A DNA stretch of 64,000 nucleotides from the NCBI GenBank assembly GCA_050273025.1, contig CP158635.1, positions 14,446,001-14,510,000 on the forward strand, in the 5' to 3' direction. Source of the stretch: Cenococcum geophilum (lineage: Eukaryota). Each line of letters opens with the position of its first letter. Position 1 is the first letter of the stretch. A program made the position numbers and the translations under genes. The notes beneath the pieces were generated by a model that saw only the letters and a list, made by a program, of their open reading frames with translations, had not been told where the DNA came from and made no database searches. Positions 1 to 10,681 of the stretch are shown in pieces.

Positions 1-2394
1 TCCTTCTCCCTTAAGGATTCGTCTACTTATATAATATACCCTATTGTTCTATTATTAGACTCCCTATCCACATTCTTACCTTATAATCTCGTACTTAACT
101 AATATAGGGTTAGGTAAGGTCTGTGTAGCCTCTTTATTAGAAACCTTTTTTAGGTCTATATATTCCTGCGGAATCTTTAGTTCCTTAACTACGTATAGCT
201 AGATATCCAAAAATAAATACCTTATATCTTTATTCTCGGGGTTAAGAGTAGCATATATAGTATATGCCCACCCTTCTTCTTATATATAGCTTAGGAAAGT
301 CTCTTAATCCTTAACTATCCCTTCGCACGTTGGTTTGCGTCCTACGGTATCGATAAGGGCCTGGCCAATAAGAGGCGCCCGTTGGGCGCCCGTGTGTACG
401 ATATTCCTAGGCTTGGCGCCAAGTGTAGGACTCCAACGTGCGAAGGGATAATACGCGATTAAGACTTCTAGTGTTAATACAAGGCTAAAGGCCAATTAAT
501 ATTTGGGTTAACTTAGCAAAGCTATAGGTATCCTAAAATAAGGTTATACCCCTTAATTTCTGCGGCGTAGAAGCGTATCTCCTATATATCCTATAGACCG
601 TCGCGGTCCTAGCTAGCAACGGGAAATATTTATTCCCCGTAGCACGGAATCTAATAGCCTCCAATATTTTAAACGGTGCGCACCTATAAGCCGCTAAGGT
701 CCAAATCTAATTCTTTTACTAGTAATTAAGAAATAAACCCTATACTCGCGCTACTGTCCATAAAGCAATCTCGCGTCACCTATTTATTATTAACTTAAAT
801 AGAGACAGGAATAACTATGCGGTAGTTTATTCCCTCCTTCTTTAGCTGGCCTAGTATAAGGGAGTAAAGATCTACTAGGCTATCTTTTTTCCTAATTAGG
901 CCGACTCTTACTTCTTTTACCGGTAGAAGCGGCTTATATAGCCCTTTTTGCCGCAGTTATAATAGGTGCGTGTCTCCCAGTTCCCCTTCTATAGATTAGG
1001 TCTCTGCCTATTATTATTTTAGAGTTAACCAGCGTTGCTCTAGGGCTGCGAGGCCTGCTCACGTTATCCTTCCGCAGAGCGGTTAGGTCGGGATCTGCCC
1101 CTATTATTAAAGCTAGGTCTAGTCCTACGCTCTTTATTATTAGCGTCTCGTTCCTTTTACTTGCCTAAATAGTCTCTTTTAGTATTCTTAATCCAAGTAG
1201 CTTTAGAGATAAGCTTTTCTTAAGAGGTAGGAATTTCGCCCTTTTCTTATATAGCCTGTTAAATCTTAGGTTATAGCTTAGCAAGTAGCTAGTGAAGTCG
1301 TATAGCGTCATCCTATAGGTCTAAGTAGGGTATATTGTCTTTTAGTTCTTCTAAGTAGTTTATAAACTAGACCACAGTCTAACTATCCCACTGTTTAGCG
1401 TTGTGGTATCGCTAGTTATAGTCTATCCCTTAATTAGTAGGGTCTTGGACCTAATTAACCAACTAGGTCCTAAGTTCGCTAAATTTAAGGGGTGTAGTAA
1501 GTTTCTTTTTATAGCGTATCTATAAACTCTTAACGGTACCATATAGAAAGGTAGAAGTAATTAGTGTCTAATTATATTTATTAGAGTAACGTTTCGGATC
1601 CAGCTAAAACTTAGTTTTGTATTAATGGATAAAATAATTACAGTTCCAGAGACTATCACTATAGTACTTATTAGGCTCCTTTATACGGAATTTAGGTTTT
1701 TCTAATATTATAGCGTAGTATGGCGTTACCCCTTTAAGTCCGCTTTGTATTTAGGGTGTCTATACTTCTCCTAACTGTCCTTATAATTATTCTTAGTAGT
1801 CCTAATATACTTATCTTAATTATATCTCCAACTCTTTTGTTTTTTATAGGGTCTCACATAGCGACCACTTTAATAACTCCCTAGCGGTAATCGTTTCTAA
1901 GGGTCTTGTAAGGTTAAACGGACTAGCCGTAGCTTCTTTATAGGAAGAGGGAATACGCTCCTCTAGGGAGACTCTCTAAGCCTCTTACGGTAGGGGCGTT
2001 ATTTCGGGGGGTAAGGAGGTATAGCCCGTTATTATCGATTAATAGCCATACATTCCTTCCGTAAAGGATTAAAAGCAATTAGAATTGTAAGAGGCTAGCT
2101 TAACTGGAACGTATAATTATCTAATTAATAGTATTACTGGTAAGTAGAAGGTAAGTTAAAGGTAGAATAAGTTTTTATGTATTAAAGGACAAATGCTTCT
2201 AACCACTTCTATTTAGAGACTAATTGCTAGTTCTTCTCTAGAGGGGAACTAGCTTCCTATATATTTCTTCCAAGACGCTAGTAAAACCTTTCGCCCCTAA
2301 CCTGTTTGACTATATCTTCTAGAATATAGATGGGATATAAATAAAACCTCCTACCGTCTTATCGGATATATACCTCTCGGGGGATTCCGTTATA
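1..2394 (-). mobile_element. Gypsy-like LTR retrotransposon, 5' part (5' LTR about 2086-2394, gag, start of pol); runs off the left edge; RIP-inactivated
   Basis: TGTAA at 2086 and TTATA (RIPed TTACA) ending at 2394. The minus strand near 1700-1580 de-RIPs to gag-like KPKFRMKEPDKYYGDSLWNCNHFIHQCETKF. A possible protease DTGS lies near 480-460. Confidence 0.7.
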
Positions 2395-3290
2395 ATTTCC
2401 TTATATTTAACTAGGAAGTCTACATTATACTCTTCTATAGTTATAAGGAGAATATTTTATTTTTCTTTAGTTCTAGTTATAGATACTAAAATAGGGGTTT
2501 CTACTTATAGTTTTAATATAAATAGTTAATTAACTTTGTTTCGTGTAGAAAAAGTATCTAAAGGTTAGCCCTTTTAGTCTATAATTAAAACCAGCTTTTT
2601 TTAACTTCTAGTAGAAGTAGAAGGGGTAGAAGATAGTAGTAATAAGGAGGGTAAAGAGGACGAAGTAGGGAGGTCCTTCTTTAGCCTCTTTGCATAGGTT
2701 TCTTTAGTAGGGGCTACCTCCTTATAGAAAGCCCTTACTTCTTTAACTAGTCCTTTTAGGATATCTTTTGTTTTTTCTTTTCCTTTTATAAAGGGATTTT
2801 CTCCTACTAGGATACTACGTATATAGCCCTCTAGCTGTTTAACTTATTCCTTTTTATCTCCTTCTTCTTCTAGCCTTTTATAGGCCTACATTAGGCTATC
2901 TAAAGCCTTTTATAGGTGTTATTTTAGAGAAAGGGGAAAGAAAGATATACTAGGTATACTAGCTGTAAAAGTTATTAGTTTAGTTATCTTTTTTGCAGGT
3001 TTTTGGTTTTCTTTTTTTAGTAGAATACTAAGGATATCCTCTTTTTCTCCTGTCCCAAATAGGTTAGGAGAAGGAGAAGGGGTAGAAAAAGTAAATATAG
3101 ATATAGACTTATTATTACTTATTTCTATAAAAGGTTTCTTTTTAGGCCTACTAGGCCTTGGCATTTTATATCTTATAGGGGGGTTTCCTAGTTTTTACAG
3201 TAGATAATAACCTCCTTAGGTCTCTTATTTCCTAGTCTTAGAGGTAAAAAAAACTAGGATAGGAGCGTTTAGAGGATCTCCTAGCCAAGC
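2395..3290 (-). pseudogene. Probable 5' end/ORF1 N-terminus of a LINE, reading leftward and cut by the Gypsy
   Basis: ATG at 3164 (MPRPSRPKKKP). The frame continues through RIP-type stops as a coiled-coil-like stretch with TYAKRLKK and an S/P-rich tract, as in fungal LINE ORF1 proteins. No diagnostic domain seen. Confidence 0.45.
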
Positions 3291-4947
3291 TATAGAGATT
3301 AAAGCCTCTATTCATCCTCCTAGAATTAGATTTAAAAAGCTTTGCAATAACTACGCATTAAGAATCCTAAAATTTAAGGAAAACCACGTAATTAAGAAGG
3401 TCTATATAGAAGAGATTAACAAAGATAGGGACGAATTAGCAGCTAATTCTAGCTCTAGTTCCAGCCCTAAAAACTGGACTATAAAGTACCTCTTATAGCT
3501 AAAGACACAGCTATTATCTCTAGCCTCTAGAGTCTAGCAGCTAATTTAAAACTGGAAAATAGAGAGAACCTCTCTAGATTGGCAAAAACCGTGGTCTCCT
3601 CCTATTTCTATATCCTTTTCTATCTCAAAAGGTAGTAAAGAAGAAGCTGCACAAGAACACCTAAAACTAGTAGAAAATCTATAAAAATCCCTAGAGTGGG
3701 ACTTAGTAGATATATACTATACAGATAGCTTTAAAGATAATAAATTAAATGTAGCTGCTATATATAAAATAGGGGAGAGAAATAGGATTAAATATGCAAC
3801 AAACTGGAATCTAGGACCCTATATAGAAATTATAAACGTAGAGATCTATGCAGTCTATAGGGCCCTAGAATACCTAAAATAATAAAGACTAGAAGAGAAA
3901 CAAGTTTATATCTTTATAGATAGCCAAGCGGCTATTAAAAGATTACAGCTTAATTCTCTTATAGGGGGGCAAGAACTAGTTTATAAAATTACGTAAAGCT
4001 ACTCCTATCTAGCTAGTAAGGGGATCTCTATTAACTTTTACTAGGTTCCTAGCTATTTAGTAATCTATAGAAACGAAATAGCAGATAAGCTAGCTAAAAA
4101 GTGCCTTTCTAGAAGAAAACTATAATCTTCTTATACCTCCCTAGCCTATATAGGGAGAGCAGCAAGAGAAAAGATACTAAAATAGTGGAAAAATAACTAG
4201 CAACAGAATAAGAATAAAGGAAAACACTATACTAGGATCTGTAAAAGAAGCTACTCCTTTTCTCTTAAAGCCCCTAAGGATAAATATCCTAAAAGGCTAT
4301 AATTAGCTTTCTTCCAGCTAAAGCTAGGAAAAGGCTATTTTAAATCCTTCTCTAAAGTAATAGGGGGGGAAGACGAAGATGGTAGATGCTTTAGGGAATG
4401 TAGAGCACTATAGACCCCTAGGCACCTACTACTAGACTATAACCTATATAGAGAAGAAAGAAGAGAAATGCAAAAGAAACTAGGCTCTTCTCTCTCTCTA
4501 AAAAAGCTATTTTGTATATAAAAAGGAAGAGAGGCGCTTTTTCCATTTCTAAGTAGGACAGGGATAGCTACTAAAAAGTGGCTAATAACAGCAGGATCTA
4601 TAGAAGGAGGTAACTCCTACTAAGCTCCTAGTAAAGAGATATTAGTAAGTAAAAGGACAGAAATAAATCATAAAAGGACAGAGATAGGCGTTAGGGTTTT
4701 TTAATTTTCTTATAGTTTTCTACCGCTTTCTTATTCCCTAGTAGTTGCTTATAACTTAGTATTTTACTAAAGAACTATAAACCCTTAGTTTAGGGGCTTA
4801 TAATCTACTAGGATATAGTTACTAGTATATATTAAGCTGCCCTAAGGGGTTTATATATATAGGACTATAGCGCCATAGCCTAGAGGCTGTATGCGTAGTA
4901 TTGTATATAGTATAATACAACGGATAATAAAAAAAAAAAAAAAAAAA
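3290..4947 (+). mobile_element. LINE (Tad-like) 3' portion: RNase H, CCHC finger, 3' UTR, poly(A)
   Basis: De-RIPed YTDGS (~3718), NAEIYA (~3835), DSQAA (~3919), WVPSH..GNEIAD (~4042-4086) and C..EC....TPRHLLLDC (~4387-4440). A-tail at ~4929-4947. Confidence 0.85.
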
Positions 4948-5105
4948 CTGGGCAAAAAGCCTTGCTAGTTTTTACTGTCCTTTTACGCCCTTTATCCTTA
5001 CTAATCTTACTAAAAGATTTCTAGGGAGATTAGGCTAAAAGGTAGTAGAAAAACCAGCTAAAAAAGACTAGTATAGTTATTTTCTTTTTCTATTAGAAGT
5101 AGAAA

Positions 5106-5206
5106 TGTAACATGGCCCGCCTCCGCGTCGCCATACGGCCAAAAAGACTGAGAGTGCTTGCGAACTTGTCGTAAGCGCGGCGGGACCTAATATATATACT
5201 CTTACA
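5106..5206. mobile_element. Solo LTR, 101 bp
   Basis: TGTAA...TTACA termini. AGAAA is duplicated at 5101-5105 and 5207-5211. GC-rich relative to its flanks. Confidence 0.8.
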
Positions 5207-5765
5207 AGAAAAAGCTACTAAAAAAAGGACTTATTAGGCTTTTACTAGTAAAAAAGCCCTAAAGGCAATCCTCCTCTTATTAAAGAAATTCTAACTAAAG
5301 GAGATATAGAAAAGTACCTACACCTCCTATTTTATTAGGCTTTTACTTTCTATAGAAGAAAAACCTAAGAAAATTCTATATTTTGTGGTTTTGGTATTCC
5401 TACCCTTACCTCGCTTATAAGCTAGGACCACCCCCAAGAAGAATTTTCTCTTTAGAGAAGGGGGTAAAAAGGCAAATAAATCTACCTCTAGCTCGCTAGG
5501 CAGTAGGAATTAGGTCTTAAAAGTTAGAAAATTAATTATTTTTAATGGTAAGATAGATATGCGTAAGATTTAAAGTGCGGTACTACTTTTTAGTAAGGTT
5601 ATATGTGTGGTTATAAGAATATATACGTATAGGTGTTAGCGACTCCATCAGGAAATTTTTTTTGGGGCTCGTTGTTGCGGTTTGCGGCAGGTGGATATGG
5701 TTGGTAGCAATTTGCGCAAAACGTACGTTTTGCAATAAAATCGCAGCACCTAATAGCAAATTACG

Positions 5766-5945
5766 GCAAAATGCTACCCCTATAAATAAATTATAGCAAA
5801 ACGCTACCCTATAAATAAATAGCGCGCAAATAGTACGAATTATAAAAACTGTACGAATTGTATAAACCGTACGAATTATACAAACCGTACGAATTGTACA
5901 AACTGTATAAATTGTAAAAACTGTACAAATTGTAACTATATAAAT
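5766..5945. repeat. Subterminal repeats: two GCAAAAYGCTACCC(C)TATAAATAAAT copies, then an ~18-bp TGTACGAATTGTACAAAC array
   Basis: Directly visible direct and tandem repeats. Confidence 0.8.
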
Positions 5946-6097
5946 TATAATTATATTATATAATAACCAAATTATTATATATTCCCATAGATTTCTATAA
6001 TATACTTTTAAATATATTTATATTATAACTATATAAAATGTAGAGCTATCTACTTTGGGCGTTAAGGGGGAAGCCTCTCGCAGAGGCTCTAAATTAT

Positions 6098-6270
6098 CTA
6101 CCTACCTACCTGCCTGCCTGCCTGCCAGCCTGCCTGCCAGCCTACCTACCTGCCTACCTACCTGCCTACCTGCCTGCCTACCTGCCTACCTGCTTGCCTA
6201 CCTACCTGTCTGTCTGTCCGTCCGTCTATACCTACCCGTCTATGCCTACCTGTCTGTGCCTACCTGTCTA
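6098..6270. repeat. (CTAC/CTGC)n tetranucleotide microsatellite
   Basis: Visible 4-bp periodicity. Confidence 0.9.
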
Positions 6271-6344
6271 TGTCACCTTGATTCGATCGATCGATCGAAT
6301 CGTTTATCGTGTTCGCTGGCTGGTCGTTCGAACGGTTGTCGTGT

Positions 6345-6780
6345 GGCTCTGGCGACGGTCGTGTGGCGATGACGACGGTCGTCTGGCTCTGACGGTCGTC
6401 TAGCTCTGGCGACGGTCATCTGGCTCCGGCGACGGTCGTCCAGCTCTGACGACGGTCGTCCAGCTCTGGCGACGGTCATCTGGCTCCGGCGACGGCCGTC
6501 TAGCTCTGACGACGGTCGTCCAGCTCTGGCGACGGTCATCTGGCTCCGGCGACGGTCGTCTAGCTCTGGCGACGGTCATCTGGCTCCGGCGACGGTCGTC
6601 CAGCTCTGGCGACGGTCATCTGGCTCCGGCGACGGTCGTCTAGCTCTGACGACGGTTGTCTAGCTCTGACGACGGTCGTCTGGCTCTGACGGTCGTCTAG
6701 CTCTGGCGACGGTCATCTGGCTCCGGCGACGGTCGTCTAGCTCTGACGACGGTCGTCTGGCTCCGGCGACGGTCGTCTGC
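6345..6780. repeat. ~20-bp GC-rich minisatellite (GCTCYGRCGACGGTCRTCYR)
   Basis: About 20 tandem units with an internal dyad GACGAC-G-GTCGTC and no spacers. Confidence 0.92.
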
Positions 6781-6945
6781 TGGCTGTCGTTCTGGTGTCT
6801 TCCTAGGTAGGGAGGATGTAAGGAAGGGTAAAAAATGAGGTGGCTACCTAGGTGTATATAGGGGGTATACTTGGCAGAGGCACGTGTAGAGGCTATTGGG
6901 AATATAGCGGGGACCCGATAGTAGTGTGTCGCGCGCATACACAAA

Positions 6946-8058
6946 GGCTTTGTGTAGAGCTTCGTGTAGAGCCTCCGTATGCAGAGCTTCGCGCAGAGCC
7001 TCGTGTAGAGCTTTGCGCAGAGCCTCGTGCAGAGCCTCTATATGTAGAGCTTCGTGTAGAGCTTCGTAGAGCTTTATGCAGAGCTTCGTGTAGAGCTTCA
7101 TATAGAGCTTTGTGCAGAGCTTCGTGCAGAGCTTCGTGTAGAGCTTCGTGCAGAGCCTTGTGTAGAGCTTCGTGTAGAGCTTCGTGCAGAGCCTCGTGCA
7201 GAGCCTCTATATGCAGAGCTTTGTGTAGAGCCTCGTGTAGAGCCTCGTGCAAAGCTTCGTGTAGAGCTTCGTGTAGAGCTTCGTGTAGAGCTTTGTGTAG
7301 AGCTTCGTGCAGAGCTTCGTACAGAGCTTCGTGTAGAGCCTCGTGCAGAGCCTCTGTACGCAGAGCTTTGTGTAGAGCCTCGTGTAGAGCCTCGTGCAAA
7401 GCTTCGTGTAAAGCTTCGTGCAGAGCTTCGTGTAGAGCCTCTGTACGCAGAGCTTCGTGTAGAGCATCGTGCAAAGTTTCGTGTAGAGCTTCGTGTAGAG
7501 CTTTGTGTAGAGCTTCGTACAGAGCTTCGTACAGAGCTTCGTACAGAGCTTCGTGTAGAGCCTCGTGCAGAGCCTCTGTACGCAGAGCTTTGTGTAGAGC
7601 CTCGTGTAGAGCCTCGTGCAAAGCTTCGTGTAAAGCTTCGTGCAGAGCTTCGTGCAGAGCTTCGTGTAGAGCATCGTGTAGAGCATCGTGTAGAGCCTCT
7701 GTACGCAGAGCTTCGTGTAGAGCATCGTGCAAAGCTTCGTGTAGAGCTTCGTGTAGAGCTTCGTACAGAGCCTCGTGCGAGCCTCTGTACGCAGAGCTTC
7801 GTGTAGAGCCTCGTGTGGAGCCTCGTGCAAAGCTTCGTGTAGAGCTTCGTGTAGAGCTTCGTGTAGAGCTTCGTGCAGAGCTTCGTGCACGAATTCGTGC
7901 AGAACTTCGTGTAGAGCCTCGTGCAGAGCCTCTGTACGCAGAGCTTTATGTAGAGCCTCGTGTAGAGCCTCGTGCAAAGCTTCGTGTAGAGCTTCGCGCA
8001 GAGCTTTGTATAGAGCTTCGTGTAGAGCTTCGTGTAGAGCTTCGTGCAGAGCCTCTGT
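6946..8058. repeat. 12-bp minisatellite (GTAGAGCTTCGT) with periodic longer variant units
   Basis: ~1.1 kb tandem array; it produces the ASCR/EALH/TKLY pseudo-ORFs. Confidence 0.95.
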
Positions 8059-8059
8059 A

Positions 8060-10465
8060 TTCTCGCTTGCAAAAGTGTTTAGAAAAATTGGGGGCTTAGC
8101 GCCCCACCAAAAAAAAAATCGAATTCGACCAATTTGACGACTACCTTATATAGACCCACCACGAAGCCTTTGGTAAGCCTAAATATTGCCTAAAAAGTAT
8201 ATATTTATCAATTATATAGTATTGCAGGTCCATTTTTGCCGTTCCTTTCCGCTTTTACTATGCCACCGCGGGCTCCTGCCTATATTGTCGCTATATAGGT
8301 ACCTAGTATTCTATATCAGCTTCCTCCTAAATTAAGTACCTTATTAGGGCCCTTACCAAGATTAAGTATTAAGCGTCTTCTTAAACTCATTAATATGCGC
8401 ATATATTAAAGCTTGAGTCCCTTTTTTCTCTACTATGCTAATTAAAGTGTCCTCATAGTTGTCTCTATTCCTCTTTATATACAGCGCCTGCTAGGTATAT
8501 ACCTCTTCCGTAAAGCCTTCCTTTGCTATATTAAAAAGCTTAATATACTTAGGGTACCGTATTAAGAGCTAATCTATATATTAATTAATAAGAGGCGGGA
8601 GATCTAGGTCCTTGGTAATTGGGCTACTTTTATAAGGAGCAGTAGATTGCGGTATAGGAAATTAAGACTGCTGATTTAGCTATAGAGCCTACGGAGCCTA
8701 TGGAGCCTATAGAGGTTAATAGTAGTATATATAAGGTAGTGGCGGAAAGGCCGGGTGGCTCCACTGAGGTTAATACTGCGGCTGTGGCGGCGGTAGTGGC
8801 TGTTTCTACTACTCTACCTTTTTTCTCCCCCCCTTCTTCTTCCTGTTCTTTATATTAACTAATATACGAACTATTACGGCGTTTAGAACCTCTATAGGAA
8901 CTTTATTAGCGCTAGCGGTACCAGCTACTGCTATATTATATTATTCTTAAAGCTCTAATTAATTAAGCTCCTAATGGCCGCCTACCTAATTAATGCACCT
9001 CTTTAATACGTTCCTGCACCCGGGCTTGCGGTAGGCTATAGTTTAGGCAATAAGTATATATATCGTCTGCTTAGTAACCTCTCCTTCCTTTATAAGCCGT
9101 GCCTTTATATAGGCCTCTGCGTATATCGTCTTTTTAGGCATAGTAGTAGGTGGCAATTTAGGCGCAGGAGCAATTGTTAGCATAGGAGCAATTATTGGCG
9201 TAGGCTCCAGAGCCTACGCTAAGGCTTAATTTGGTTCCTTAATTGGTCCTATAGCCAATTAGGAGTACACTAATTAAACTATTACGGTAGTACTACGCCT
9301 TTCTAAGCCCTCTTACCGATATATAATTATATCTAAGGCTTCCTACTAGTCGTCATGCGTCGTTATATAAGGCCGTTTAGACGTTATCTTAATCGCTCGA
9401 AGACCTAGGCCATCTGGAGCCTTAATTAAGATCGTCCTTTTAATAAAATGCGTATTAAAGCCTTGCGATCTAGCGTATTTCTCTACTCCTTCCTACTTAT
9501 TAATCGCAATTAAGCCAAATAGTAGGTTATTTAACTTCTTTACTAAGCTTAATATAAGCAGCTTCTTATTATTAAATAGAACAATAACATTTATTAAAAA
9601 GGTAGCAATGGCTAGTGCTGGCGAGAAATTAAGCTCCTTCCTACGACGCTTGCTGGCCTTAGTAGGAGTCTTTATAAGCTCTCTTATACTGTCGTCTAAG
9701 GCCTTAATATTAGATATAGGCTCTAGGGGCCTGCTTTTCCTAGCGGCTAATTTTGATGCATTTGACGGCCTTTTTGACGTTAATTTATGCTTATTCTGAT
9801 TTCCTATTTAGGAAGCTCTATACGGCCTTAATTGAGAGACTATCTTTAGTGTCTTTTTAGTTAATCTACTAGAACTCCTTGGTGGATCGCCCCCCCTATA
9901 TACCACTTTGGGTCTACTCCTTTTTAGATTAGAAAGTTCTTCTACCTCATCTTTATCTTCCTTATCGTCCTCAGCCTTAGCAGGAAGCTCCTAGTTATCT
10001 TCCTTATTAAAATTAGGTAGCGTATAAATATTACATAGGGTATTAAACGAGGGTAATTTAGGGCTTAATTGGAGCTGCATACTGAGCGCATCTTCCTCTC
10101 CTAAGTTATAATCCATAGAATTAGAGCTTATAACTCTAATTGGTAGCTGGGTAGTAAAGCCTTTAGTAATAGGGGCGGGATTAGGAAGCTGTTTGGTGGT
10201 AATATGAGAGGTAATATTTAGTGGGCTGCTGGGGGGGATCTAATCGGCCAAAGGCTGTACCACCTTCTGCACTGACGTTTTGCCCTTATTCTAATACTTG
10301 GATATTTAAGTTTTAAGCTTATTTAAGCCCTACGACACTTTACCAGAGCGTAATATAGGCATGGTGGCTTATTGTAGGTGGTAAGCTTTAAATTAGTCGA
10401 ATTCGATTTTTTTTTTCGTGGGGCGCCAAGCCCCCGATTTTTCTGAACACTTTTGCAAGCGAGAA
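8060..10465 (-). mobile_element. TA-flanked TIR element with only the accessory Cys/Trp-motif ORF; no transposase found
   Basis: ~85-bp inverted repeats (8060-~8146 and ~10380-10465, TTCTCGCTTGCAAAAGTG...). TA at 8058-8059 and 10466-10467. Confidence 0.8.
8215..10362 (-). pseudogene. Accessory Cys/Trp-motif protein, copy 1 (RIPed)
   Basis: CCACC-ATG at 10362 (MPxLRSGK). De-RIPed CRKPGCRNVSKRCIDQVGGHQELDQSELQEWHDMAVAGTASADEVP at ~9035-8890. C-terminal ...KKGTQALIHAHIDEFKK. The 3' end is approximate. Confidence 0.7.
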
Positions 10466-10499
10466 TATCAAGAATTTGCAGAAGATAAGAAAACCACAG

Positions 10500-10618
10500 T
10501 ATTAGGAAAAAAATTTTTAGGCACGTTGTTGCAAGCGAAAATCGGGGTCTGCAAAACCTGCGTAAGTCGCAATTTTGGTAGTTTGCGGCGATTTGCAGCA
10601 ATTTGCTACGAACACATA
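10500..10618. repeat. Internal inverted copy of the large element's right end (matches 28279-28396)
   Basis: TATTAGG (RIPed CATCAGG) ...CGTTGTTGCAAGCGAAAATCGGGGTCTGCAAAACCTGCG...ACACATA is the reverse complement of 28279-28396 with a few changes. Confidence 0.92.
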
Positions 10619-10681
10619 GATAGGGTAGGCGCGTGCATAGGTATTGTTCTTGCCGAAATATCGTGAACTCGCGCCGGAGTA

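Noticed and set aside
4948..5628. AT-rich segment with short repeats (TTATTAGGCTTTTACT twice)
   Set aside because: Probably a RIPed TE remnant or the LINE 3' UTR, but no termini or motifs could be assigned.
6345..6780. CRISPR-like array
   Set aside because: Contiguous tandem units with no unique spacers, no cas genes, and a eukaryotic RIP context.
6055..6944. Short ORFs over the 4-bp and 20-bp arrays
   Set aside because: Repeat-derived frames.
6844..8137. Long ORFs (up to 415 aa; ASCR/EALH/TKLY repeats)
   Set aside because: They are products of a 12-bp tandem array that is open in several frames on both strands; no sign of a real gene.
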